A DNA stretch of 62,820 nt, counting the filler, from Atractiella rhizophila (Eukaryota), in assembly GCA_021432655.1 (NCBI GenBank). It is 4 parts of 4 records of this genome, joined end to end, with 100 filler letters (N's around TTAATTAATTAA, not from the genome) between each part and the next. Parts side by side here need not be neighbours in the genome. Positions count along the whole stretch, not along the records: positions 1 to 20,336 come from MU271835.1; positions 20,437 to 40,721 come from MU271836.1; 2 more parts are not named here. One strand, given 5' to 3'. How positions within the stretch are numbered: position 1 is the first letter of the stretch; each line of letters begins with the position of its first letter. Both the position numbers and the translations under genes were made by a program. The notes under the pieces were generated by a model. It saw nothing but the letters and a program-made list of their open reading frames with translations. It had not been told where the DNA came from and did no database searches. Of the stretch, positions 11,519 through 23,500 are shown in pieces.

Positions 11519-13752
11519 ATGTCCATGCCAAACCTCTTCGCACGCACACGCGCTTCCTCCCTCTCCCACTCTCGCCTTCTGAAGTTGTCTCGCCCGCCTT
11601 CCTCCAAGCACCACGGTACAAAACGACATATTCGGTATCCGACCCGCTTCAAATATCAAGCCTCTTAACGTCCGAAGAGACTGATATTCGGGAGAGCATG
11701 CGCTCTTATGCGCAGGAGAAATTGATGCCGCGTGTTGTGCAAGGATACAGGAACGAGAGCTTTGACAGGAGCATGATGAAGGAGATGGGGGAGCTGGGCT
11801 TCTTAGGTGCTACAATTGAGGGTTATGGTTGTGCAGGAGTCAGTAGTGTCGCAGGAGGCATGCTGTGTTATGAGATAGAAAGGTGCGTTTTATATTTTGG
11901 AAGCGGGAAGAATGAACCTAAAGAGTCGAGACTGCATTCCATTTATCGAAACCGATTGCGACAACAGCTTCCATTTGGTTTCTGCAATAGGTTATGCACT
12001 ACCTTCAGCTTAAACGCTTATTCTACACACACTTTTTGCTGCAGCATTAAACGAGCTCTTCCTATTACCCCTTTTACTTAAAATAAGAGCTAACTTTGAT
12101 GATTCGCATGACCTTTTTCAAAGAACTTTGCTTAAATCACATACGATAAGATCCAGTACAGTCTTGCAAACCCTTGCTGAATCACGAATAGAGTCGATTC
12201 CGGGTATCGTTCGGCTATGTCGGTGCAAAGCAGTCTAGCAATGCAGGCCATTTGTAAGGCTTCGACAAAACCTGCACCTTTTCTGATGGTTTCCATTGTA
12301 GATATGTACGGCACCGAGAAGCAGAAGGAAACCTGGCTTCCGCGAATGGGTACACTTTCACCCTTTCACCCTCAGACGCATGCTGAACGTTCCACAGCAC
12401 AAGGAGATGTCATTGGCGCATTTGTGAGCTCTTACTTCTGTTTAAACGCTCTGTTGACGGAGAGCAGGGTCTCACAGAGCCTGATCATGGTCAGCTTCCT
12501 TCGCCCTAAACAAGGAAACGATGTGGAAAGTTTACCATCATAGGCAGCGATCCAGCTTCGATGAAAGCCACGGCAAGGGAAGCGAAAGGAAGCTCAAAAA
12601 TCGTTCTGAATGGAGAAAAGACGTCTGTAGGCTTGCTTTCGCGATACCCCTTCTAATGTGATACAGATGGATTACAATGTCCCCCAATGCCGATATTTTC
12701 ATTGTGTGGGCAAAGTGTGAATGGGACGGTATGTCTAATCCACCAGATTCTCTTATTGCTGCTGACAAGCATTTAATTGTAGGGAAGATTCGTGGTTTCA
12801 TAGTTGAAAAGGTACAGCCTTTCGCGTTTCGACTTCGTGGATTGAGGCTAAATACGTTGCGCAGGATCTTAAGGGTGTGTCTGCCCCTAAAATCTCGAAC
12901 AAAATAGGTCTCCGAGCATCGGTTACGGGATCGATTATCCTCGAAGACGTGGAAGTAGATAGCGAAGCATCCCTCCTGCCGAATGTCAGCGGGCTAAAAG
13001 GGCCATTCGGATGTCTCAAGTTTGTTTTCTCTGCATCAGTGAATCCTAACCCTGATTGCCCTACAGTCACGCACGCTTTGGAATCTCTTTCGGTAAATTT
13101 TACAATCGGACTTGAACTTGAGCATTCTTTGATTTCTCTGGTAGGCGCAATGGGAGCGTTGCAATCTGCCTTCGACTATACTCTCGAATATTCGCTCAAT
13201 CGGTGCGCGCATTTCCATTTGGGACGCAAGCACTATAACGAAGTACAGGAAGCAATTTGACCGTCCGTTAGCTTCCTTCCCAACTCATCCAGAAAAAGTT
13301 AGCAGATGTTCACACGGAAATTGCCATTGGCCTCCTGGCATGCATCCAACTTGGACGTCTCAAAGATGAAGGCAAAGTCACGCCAGAGATGATCAGCTTG
13401 TTGAAGCGGAACAACTGTGGGAAAGCTCTGGAGGGGAGCCGGAAGCTGATGGACGTATTTGGAGGGAATGCGATTGCGGATGAGTATCACATTGGAAGGA
13501 TAGTCAACAATCTTTACGTGTACGTATTTCTCATCTTTGGCTCCAACTTTCTTGATGTGGTTCTAGGGTAAACACATACGAAGGTAGGCATCCATGCTCT
13601 TCTGAAGAATTATCTCAAGCAGTGTCCATATTAATCAGGAACTCACGTAAGTTCCCTTATGCTTTCGTACAATGAGCCTGATTATTTGTTAGGACATCCA
13701 TGCACTCATTTTGGGGAAGGCAATCACAGGGATTCCCGCGTTCGCAAACTGA
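11519..13752 (+). CDS. GCDH: Glutaryl-CoA dehydrogenase, mitochondrial (many exons; first exon uncertain)
   Basis: [104 protein letters not shown] and [21 protein letters not shown]. Stop at 13750-13752. ATG 11519 is out of frame with the core, so it needs an unresolved first intron. Confidence 0.95.
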
Positions 13753-13840
13753 TCCCCATCAACGCACTAGCACAGGTTGCAATGTATCACCTGCAGCATC
13801 TGAGAGACCCATTGAGCAAGTGGCGATGTATACTGAAATC

Positions 13841-14809
13841 TCAAGTACGATGGGCACCATTAACTAAAAGAATATCATCTCGTTCCTTCCTCGCCTTCAA
13901 GAAAACTTTTTTTACATCCCATTCATCCTCAAACCAATCATCTTCCACTTCTTCGATTTNNNNNNNNNNNNNNNNNNNNNNNNNNNNNNNNNNNNNNNNN
14001 NNNNNNNNNNNNNNNNNNNNNNNNNNNNNNNNNNNNNNNNNNNNNNNNNNNNNNAAAGCTTCCCTTACATCTGCATTCGAAGCGCATTCCCAGTAGGCAT
14101 GGGCACCCTTGCCGTCCTTTCCGTGCAATACAATCAGCCGAAGTCGAGAGGTGGGAGATGGGAGGTATGGGAACTGCTGTCTAACAGTGTCTGCAGAGTC
14201 GGAAGGGGAGAGGTTTCCGATTACGAGCGTTGTGCAGTAGTCATGATCTACGGGAAAGTTCCCCAAGTCGGGGTGGAAGGTGACGACGCTATGACTTTGA
14301 GACGAAAAGTAATGATGGGCCGATTGCATGGCTTCAAACGACTTCCAACGTACAGCAAGAGACCCAACGCGGTCTCGTTCGTAATCGAACCTGGCCGGCA
14401 AGCAAACCTTTTTAAGTTCCTTATTACATACAACTAAGGGAAGCGGAAACCAATACCGAAAAATATAGCTTTCGGCCCATGTCCTCAGTCCTCCTCGAGG
14501 AAACCATAGTGTTCTCAAGAACCATCGAGTGAACTTGGAAGAATGCCGCGGCATGGCTGGACGGACAATCTTCATCCAGCTATAAAAACCAGGTTCAATC
14601 CGAGAAGTCGACGAGGGTTTGGCGTTGTTACTTTTCGATGCAATTGGAAGCTGGGAAGGTCCAGCAGAATTCGTCGAGTTGGAAACATGTCGAGAGATGT
14701 AAGGCGTGGTAATAAGACGGCAGCAATTCAATGAACGTCCCAGCGCTGTGTTTCTACAGGCCGATCTGTTGAGGAGCCTTGTTATATTTGTGGCAACTGC
14801 CCATGGCAT
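13841..14809 (-). CDS. Hypothetical protein, mitochondrial-presequence-like N-terminus, degenerate RRM-like domains (paralog A); spans an N gap
   Basis: ORF whose Arg/Ser-rich N-terminus lacks acidic residues; colinear similarity to the gene at 15077-16051. The C-terminal frame is uncertain across the gap at ~13960-14054. Confidence 0.7.
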   Translation of the reverse strand: MPWAVATNITRLLNRSACRNTALGRSLNCCRLITTPYISRHVSNSTNSAGPSQLPIASKSNNAKPSSTSRIEPGFYSWMKIVRPAMPRHSSKFTRWFLRTLWFPRGGLRTWAESYIFRYWFPLPLVVCNKELKKVCLPARFDYERDRVGSLAVRWKSFEAMQSAHHYFSSQSHSVVTFHPDLGNFPVDHDYCTTLVIGNLSPSDSADTVRQQFPYLPSPTSRLRLIVLHGKDGKGAHAYWECASNADVREAXXXXXXXXXXXXXXXXXXXXXXXXXXXXXXXXXIEEVEDDWFEDEWDVKKVFLKARKERDDILLVNGAHRT

Positions 14810-15076
14810 GGAGGAGACAAGTTTGATCCTACAGCGCGAGGTCAGTCTCCATACTTAACATCCAGAGGACATCAGACGCAAGCTCTATGAAGGTCGACGT
14901 AGATTGCAGGCAGACTGCAATGACACAAGTAAAAATATACGTGAACGCCCCAAACTCTATCGAGCCTCATTGCCTACCTTGTCATTGCGCAGCATTGTGA
15001 TCGCACAGTGCTTTCGAATTCACTAATAATCATTCTTGCTTCTTTGGACTCGTGGAGCAGTGCCAGATACTATTTA

Positions 15077-16051
15077 ATGCTTCCATTACACCGTCAATCT
15101 GTCAACTTTCTTTCATCTCCATTGGGGCCATGGGAGACCACACTCCACCCTCACCTTTCCCGCCTCGTTTCTTCTTCCGTCAGCGACACTTCCAGGGTAC
15201 CTGAACCCTCAATACAACACGATAACAATAGAATTTTCAATCGTGGCTACTTCTCCCACGTCGTCCCAATATCCAGCGTCTCAAGAGATCAATTTTTTAC
15301 TTGGTTCACACAGGAGCTTTGGAAGCTCCCCCAAATCGGTCTACGAAACCTTGCGTCTCAGTATCGCCTACCGTATGCTTTAAATCTGTAAACCTTTCGA
15401 AATTCTCATGTAGTCTTCGTAACAGATCCGATGTTAGGTCTGGGGAAAGGCGCTTGTTAATCCAATGGCGCTCTTTCGAGGCGCTGAAAGAAGGCCATCG
15501 TCTCCTCGAAGGACGTGGCCCAATATCTGCTTTATCTGTCCAAGCAAAACTATGGCCAATCAGTGATCCCAACACCACTACCCTGTCCATGATCGGCGTG
15601 TCTCCGCACATGTCAGCAACAGAAATTCGCAAACAGTTCCCTTATCTTTCCCCGCCAGTTCGACTGTATGCCTTTGTGGGATATACTAAGAACAATCTCA
15701 CGTACCCCTCCATTTCCTACCCCACGTGTCACTTCACTAACCTACCATTGATTGTGCTGTAGAGTAGTAGATTGGGAATGCAAAAACAACGAAGAGGTTC
15801 TTGAAGCTATAGAGCGTGGTCCCAATGATCCGTTGGATAACCCGTGGGACCTCTCTGCAACGGGAACATTGTTCCGAATTCTCGCAGATATCTACAAGGA
15901 ACCGAAGGAAGCGATGCGGACAAGAACTCGCAAGCGGTCAGCGAAACACAAATCGTGGGTCATTCCATCCATCTGTCGAGGGGTGTTCAATAGCGGTTTA
16001 GCTCTGGTGAAGGAGGATTGGAAACTTCGTCCCAAGAGGAGGCTCGCGTGA
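15077..16051 (+). CDS. Hypothetical protein, degenerate RRM-like domains (paralog B), 3 exons
   Basis: Three overlapping ORFs join in frame via GTATGC..TGTAG and GTACCC..CTGTAG introns. The spliced product aligns with paralog A (e.g. WRSFEALK/WKSFEAMQ, IRKQFPYL/VRQQFPYL, WECKNN/WECASN). Confidence 0.72.
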
Positions 16052-16910
16052 ATAAGACTGAGGGATCGGAGTACGTCCAATAACCGTCTATAGGAAACAA
16101 GGAGTTGACATAGTAATGTTTTGTATAGATTGACTAATTCTCTGCTGAAGGAACTGAAAGGAATTCTTGGATAATTGTCCTGAACCATATGCTGCTCCTA
16201 CAAATCTATCTACCCATGTGGTGGAATCCAGAGAAAAATTTTGAGATTTCACACTCACGGATGATAAAGTTTCCTGCCGTTAAGTATGAGAAAGAAGTTT
16301 CATGCAGTCCCTCACATCGCATCACCATGAAACCCATGGCTTCTCCAGTACACCTCACACATGAATTGTCTTCAGGCACCTCTATTCATGGCACTTTTCA
16401 GATGACACACGCATTAACGGACCTAAACGTCCCCTCATCCTCAGGTCCATGCCCGTCAGAACCTGTGCAACTCCCGATCCTCTGCGTTGTCAGGTTCGCC
16501 TGCTCTTTATCAACTCGAGATCTTCACACTGACCTTGGTGATACACGTATGGTACGAAAACGGAGGTCCTGGAAAGTCCACCTTCAGCCGAACCTGGCCT
16601 CTTACTTCCCTCCCTTCGCCGGTATAAACCTGGACGCCCTCGGCATACCTGCAGCCTAAGAAGCGCTCTTAGTTTCACCGTCCCCGCTGTTGGATCGGCG
16701 GTGATAGATTGCCAGAACCTCTCTGTTTCGGGCCGATGTGCATCCCCATCGCCCGTCGTTTCCTACAATCTTCGTGGCGGTATTGGATATAGGGACGAAC
16801 CTAGAGGAGTGTCGTAGGAGATTGACGTTGAGAAAGAGGCATCCGACGGTTGGGAGTGTGGAGCTCGCCATGGAAGTCTTGGAGACGGTCACGGCGGAGT
16901 GGGAGGCAGT

Positions 16911-16979
16911 GAGCCGGAGAGAGTGAATAGATGCATATGGTGGAAGAGCCGGAGAGAGTGAATAGATGCATATGGTGGA
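16911..16979. repeat. Perfect 35-bp tandem duplication
   Basis: gagccggagagagtgaatagatgcatatggtgga occurs twice with a period of 35 nt. Confidence 0.95.
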
Positions 16980-18877
16980 CTTGGGGAGGTGCGGGAGGGT
17001 ATGGAGAAAGTGGAGGTGGAGACGGGCATGGTATGCTTGAGATTGAGAGAGGTGAAACGACAGAGGAAGGAGAGCCAGAGGTTTTTGGAGAAGGGTGAGG
17101 TTGGAGATCATGGGGAAGGGGAACGTGGGACGCTTGGAGTCCAGGTTGTCGGCCAACGGGAAGGGAAATCTTCGCTTCTCCGACTGAAGCCTCCCCTGCA
17201 CGCACGACACAAAGGACACGATTTGACTTGGAGTGGGGAAGAGAGGGATCAACCTTCGACCAGGCGACCACCGTTTGCGTACAACCTGGTGAAACATAAT
17301 GAAAAACAATAATTCGGGATGCAGAAGGACGAACCATCTTTTGGATTTGGTAAGCCTGCCCGAGTAAAGTGGACGTAAGTTGACCCAAGGCATTTGGATG
17401 TTTCGATATTCAGGCTTCGAGAAATTGTGGCAGATCCCGCTTCTCCTTTTCGTAGAGTAATCCTCTTAGGAGGACGAATCAGAGCAAGCTTTTATGCTCA
17501 ACAAGAGAGTGGCGCCTTTGTACGCAGCAATATCCAGCAAATAATGCCAGCCAAGACTACTGCCAGTGCAAGGGAGCTAATCAACTCAGATCCACTTGTG
17601 CAGCAAGGGTTTGTAACTTTCGCCTTTTTCCAGGGTATGAATCGTGACGTTTAGCCATTTAGACGTCCAAGATCCCTTCGCGAAACAAAAGTCTTGCGGC
17701 TTTGCGGTTTTTGAGCATAATTTATTCGGAGTGTATCGCTATTCTGCGTCTGTTCTATTTAAGATTGTTTGAAATCCTACTATTTGATTGCGCTTGATAT
17801 TTCCTTTCCTTTATTTCACAGTTCTGTATGCCCAGCTAACCTTCTAACGAGCAAATCTCAATGTCGACCTACTATGAATTGCAATGGCGCACGAGTTATC
17901 AATCGACTGACATTCTTTGACTCGCTGCGCAGGGGCACTGAAGCTTGCAATAAGGCTGCTTCGTCAGTTGGACTTTCAACAACCGCTTTCTCCCACCATG
18001 CTGTGACTTATCTCTAACATTCCCTCTGAATCATGGTCCAGGGCTCTGCGAGGTGGCAACAATCAATAACATTCAACGTTTAACCAGCTCCTTAAAGGTT
18101 GTGTGCATATGCCCTGGCAAGCGATCCTTAGGACTGACCGAAATATTGAAGAAGCCGTGCTTCTGAAGTCGAGACCATAAGTCATGGGATGATAGAGCAT
18201 TAGCTGAGATATGTTAAAGCATATCACAGTCAGATGCAGCCAATGAGAGAGCCACCAGTTTGATGACGATACCCAGGATTTCATTCCTTCTTTTAGGGCA
18301 TGCAACGACAAGAAAATTACAGTCGTGATTTTAAGGAAGAGGGGATGTGAATGATGCCGAAAGATAACTTGCGGCTCAGCGCTATCCGTGCTGCGACCAC
18401 AAGCCTCCTTCATACTTACTCAACACCTCATACATACTCAACATATGGAAGTTCCCTGCGTTTGTTTGCTCAGGTTTACTTAGGTTCGTTACAGTTTGAC
18501 AGCGTCCGGCGACGTCCACCCTCCCTCGGACTTTTGATCGACCCTCGCCGCTCCGCATCGGCACCAGTGAATCTTCTGCCAGCAAACGTCCAAGAACCAG
18601 TCAATCGCCTTCGGAATATATTCGCAGAGGTCTTTGGGAACCGTCAAATTTACGAAGGTAGGTGCCTTTGCGTGGGCGAGGATGGATTGCTGACGTTGGC
18701 GCAATTGTCTGGGCGGCGACCACAGCTCTGCTCGGGTTCTGTGCACCGCTCCAGCTTTAGCTCGCCTCAAGTCCTTGGACATGAAATTTTGAGTCGCTCT
18801 TTCACCAATTCCTACAGCCTCGTCGATATCATCCATTCGATTATTCTCCCCATCTCCCTTTCTCTGCGTACTTCGAT

Positions 18878-20336
18878 ATGCGGCGTCACCTCTTCCTCCT
18901 CCTATTCAGCCTTCTCACCGCCAACGCCCAGTACTCAGACGCAGGTGTGTCTCATTTATCATCAATCAAAGCATTGAATCTGCTAAGAACAGTCTTAAAA
19001 CAGTCTGCGGCCAAGGCTTCTCATGGATGTCCAACGACCTCTCCCAGTCTCCATGTCAAGTTGCTTCTTCTATCCTATCCGGATGCATCAATGGGCCGTA
19101 CAACCTCTGGGCGCTTCCTGCCGCCAACTACGCATATCCTGGTATGTCCCTCCGTTTCCCCCAACGATGAGCAATTCATAAAGGATAATGGATGGATCTA
19201 GGCCCTACACAGACCAATTCCACCGCTTTCGCTTATAATCAATGCTTGTGCTCCATGCCAATATACAACCTCCTCTCCGCTTGTGCCGGTGCGCATCTCT
19301 TCCTTTCCTCTCGCTCTTCCTCCTCCCTCAACACAGAGCTGCAGACTGTCAAGGATCGAGCTGGGTTGGATGGGAGAGGCATATCGAAAATTGTAATTCT
19401 GTCAGTCTTTCTCTCCTCTTACGATTAACCTAGCTCATTCCTGACGGTACCACAGAGTTATACTGGAGAGTGAGATCCTTTCCTATGCAGCGGGGCAAAG
19501 CTCAGGTTATTTTTGTCTGTAATAGTAACGAAGGCGGACGGGTTGACCTGCCTATTACCGTACCAACAAACACCATGCTCATGCGTCGGTCCTCCTCCAT
19601 CCCTCTTCCCTTCCCTTGTTTGCTCTCACTGACTGTAATCCCCGGCGATAGCCTGGATGACGGTCAACCCGCTGAAGAACACCACCAACGGCGAATGGTC
19701 CGAATCGCTGTCCCGCCAGCTCGCCACTGCTGGCAGCTCGTCTTCCAACCCCATAACAGGATCTTCCTCCTCCAAGAACGCCAACACAGGGATCATCATC
19801 GGCGCTGTCCTCGGCGGTGTCGCCCTGCTCTCCGTCATTGTGTTCGCCTTCTGGTTCCTCCATTCCAAAACTAAGGCATCATCCCCCCGCCCCCGTCGTT
19901 CCAGGGGGTTTAGATTCGGAAGGATACCGAGCGAGAGGGAGGTTGTCGATGGTGATTATCCCGGAATGCATGAGAGGAGGAACACTTGGTTCGGTCTCTC
20001 TGGGTTCAGGAGCGTGAGGAAGCCTGGAGCTGGCCTTGGGAGGGAAAAGAGCCAGATGTCGTCCTTTTCCACTTCCGGAGGCCAAGCGCATGTCGACAGT
20101 TGGGGAACTGGTACGACGAAGGTAGAGAGGAGCAATACATCGCTCTCGTTTTGGAAGGACAGGCCGGACAAGAACGCCCAACAAACTGCCTATCACGTCG
20201 TCGACACTTCTCTGCCTCAGAGGAGGATCGATGAACCCGAAACAGGGGATTGGGGCCATAAACATGATTCGTCCATGGCCATCGCTAGCGGGTATCGATC
20301 CTTCAGAGGAAACGGGCCGGCCCCTCCAGCTCCCAC
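18878..20336 (+). CDS. Signal peptide + Cys-rich ectodomain + single transmembrane helix protein (3' end truncated by scaffold end)
   Basis: Signal MRRHLFLLLFSLLTANA; spliced ectodomain CGQGFSWMSNDLSQSPCQVASSILSGC..CLCSMPIYNLLSACADCQ..WERHIENC; TM segment TGIIIGAVLGGVALLSVIVFAFWFL followed by basic residues. Confidence 0.8.
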
Positions 20337-20436
20337 NNNNNNNNNNNNNNNNNNNNNNNNNNNNNNNNNNNNNNNNNNNNTTAATTAATTAANNNNNNNN
20401 NNNNNNNNNNNNNNNNNNNNNNNNNNNNNNNNNNNN
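20337..20436. other. Artificial scaffold-joining spacer
   Basis: 44 N + TTAATTAATTAA (stops in all six frames) + 44 N = 100 nt. Confidence 0.97.
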
Positions 20437-20546
20437 CCCACACAAGCTGAACACGAAACTTCACGTAGTCAAGAACCGAAAACATAAGATGAGAACAGAA
20501 ATGAGGGTATTAATGGTGAAGTCTGAGCACACATATATTGAGAACT

Positions 20547-23500
20547 TCAGGAATCTTGAGGAACAAAAACAATAGGGCAAGGAGAGAAGTATATATCGCA
20601 ACCACCATTCCAGTTATGAGCCATAGCTGTTTTCGCTGATGCTGTCACACGAGGATAGTAAGCGTGGATAAGGTAAGAGAGGAGAACAGGACAAACCCGT
20701 GTTTCGTGTAAAGATGTTCCCTGTCATAGTTGTGACCGCAATGCTACAAGCTTTGGCTACGTCTTTGTTGCCACTCGCACCAACCTTTTTCAATATGTCT
20801 ACACCGCCAGCTCGTTGAATCTCTTTCCTCAATTCTCCTCCACCAACGTCCCCCAGAAATGAAATAGCATGTGCCAATCTGCAAAAAGTTTAAGTGGAAT
20901 CACCAGGCAAGAAATCTGACGCACTCTTTGTGTACATTCGGAGCTGGCACATCGGCTGCTGTTCTGAGCGCTGCAAGGAGAGAATCGACTACTCCAGCAT
21001 TGACAAGAGCTTTTCGAGTGCCATCACCCCATTCTGCAGCGCAAAACCTTTGAATAGTGAAGGCGAACGATTCTAGGGGAGCAACTTCTTCGGTTGGAAG
21101 AACCCTCGGTAATCTACCATGAAAATGTCACCAAAATATCTCAAAGGGAACAGTAAATGATACCTCGCGAGACCTTTAGCCGCTCCAGCCTCCAAAAGAG
21201 CTTTCGCCATATCGGCAGAATTCGGTCTATTCGCGTTGTCTCAGACGGTGCAGAATAATACGAGCAAGGAGCGCACCTCATTAAACAACCAACCGCTCTC
21301 GCGGCCCATCCCAATACCTCCGGGCTGTCGCTTGTATTGAGACAATGGACAATACTGTCGGCGGCCCCGAGCTTATGCAAAGCCTTTGCAATCTTGATGC
21401 TCCTGCTGACTCTCGCAATAGCATATAAGCCCGCGCAAACGCCATCCGCTTGAGGTGGATCCGCAGTGAGGTTCCTCCTGAGATTGTCGACGAGCGGAGG
21501 GAGGACCCTGGCCGCGACGAGCGAGTCCGCGATGGCGTCGTTGAAGATGAGATTTCCGAGACACCAGCAGGCAGCTTGAGAAGTGGAGCTGAAACCTCCT
21601 AGACCTTTATTCGCGAGGATGGTGACGATCCCCATCGACATGAGGCCTTGAGCTGTCTCTTGAGATCTACACATTCGAGACAGACACCAAATCGAAAGCG
21701 TTTTTGAGATTTCGTTCGCCGATAGCTTGGCGACCTCTAGGAGAACTGAAGGGGTCTTGCCACGGTAGATGCTGTTCGCTGTAAGGCGGTCGTTCCTGCA
21801 AAGATTGGGCATATCAGTTTCAATTCAACTGTGGGTAGGAAGAGGAGGCTCACGAAAGGAGGCCCAGGGTTCGCAAGACGATTTCAAGTCCAAAGCCGTC
21901 CACAGCTCTCTGCTCATTCCATCAGCCATCATGTTGAATCGAGGGCGAGAAGATGGGCTCACGATATTGAGTAAAGTGATGAGCAGTGGAATGATACCAG
22001 CTGTGACCATTCTTTGGGTATTTTTATCGGAGGTGTTAATAAGCTCTTGAACGGTGAAAAGGTGGGAATCGATGACATCGTGTTTCCTGCCGTCTTGGAT
22101 CTCAGCCTGAAGGGCTCCAACGACGATGACGGCACTCGGTGTACCTTTCCACCCATCAAAATCTCTTCTTTTACGGCTAATTTGAAGGGAGGCTTACCAC
22201 CAGACGAGACGCTTTTTCGATCGTCTCCCCAATCACTATCCCTTCTCAAAGTATCCACACGTTCATGTATTCCCGCTCCCATGCCATAACCACCACCAGC
22301 TCCACCACCAGACCCCAAATGCTGTACAGGGACAGCAGTGAAGCTCCTTCCCAAAGGTGTAACCGCAGCAGGAGCTGCATGAGCGACGGTCATACTCGAG
22401 CTCCTCTGATGGAAATTGGCAGTCGAAGTCGGACTTGGGGATCTGAAGCTTCCCCCGCTGCTGCTGCCCAGCGATGAATCGTTACCTGGGAAGCCTCCCG
22501 TTCCGGAATACGCATAGCTCTCCGCAATGCTAGGCAAGATTCTCCTCCCTCCTGCTCCTCCGTCTCTGCCCCGTATCGAGCTCGTAGGACGCGATGGGGG
22601 CGAGGAAGTCGGTTCTGGAAATCCTGTGAAACTTGGACCTGCAGAATAGGGCAGTCCGCCAAACTCTGTGCCCGTGCTGGTATGTGGAGGTGTGTCCAGT
22701 CCCGTCACCGCAGTCCTAGTGCTGACGCTGGAACTAGGCAGGGGAGGACTTGAATATCGTCTGTCTTCATAATCACGATTGGGGCTGGGGGAGATTCCGG
22801 GGATATAAGTGGAAGGAGAAAGGGAGAGAGAGGACATCTCCCTCGGATACCCACTGGTCGGTGTCGTCTGGACGGGAGTCGTATTCGAACCTATTGTCCC
22901 AGCACTCGGAGGTTGGGGGAGGCTCCTCGACATGCGCGCGTCAATTCGAAGCGGGGCGACGGAACGTTGTTGCACCTCCTCCTCTTCTCTCATGTCTCCG
23001 AAACCTCCCAGGTCCGCATGATCCTCGTAATATGCAGGGGGGACGCCGTAAGCCGCATCTGCAGATTGGCGAATGCGTCCTCCGGATGCTACGACCGGCG
23101 ACAGGGGTTGGTCGTTCGGAAGGGCAGGAGAGAGCGGAATAGCTGTGGATATAGATGGCGATGCCGCAGTCGTGGGCGAAGAGGAGGGGTTTTGGAGCCA
23201 GGACACCACGGCGTTCATCTTCGTCCGCTCCGCCGGCGTCGCCTTCCACATCCCTTCTATCAACGTCCAATAAGCTGCCTCTTCTACACCATCGGGCCTA
23301 TCCACATCATATGCATCAGAAACAGAAACATAGTTCACGACGAGGGCAAAGACTGACTTATCTGGCCGCTCCCCCTCCTTCACCACGAGATTGTAAACTT
23401 GAGTCTCCCCAAGGAAGCCCCAGGATGACCTCCTATCAAGGTGGCATATACTGTCATAGCGAAGGCAAAGACGTCCCCAGGAGCCGTGATCCTCTATAAG

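Noticed and set aside
12097..12180. Possible box C/D snoRNA in the long GCDH intron
   Set aside because: The CTGA coincides with the branch point; no terminal stem or recognisable rRNA guide.
20381..20392. TTAATTAATTAA palindrome as a biological motif
   Set aside because: It is centred in N-runs of fixed length three times, so it is a six-frame stop linker.
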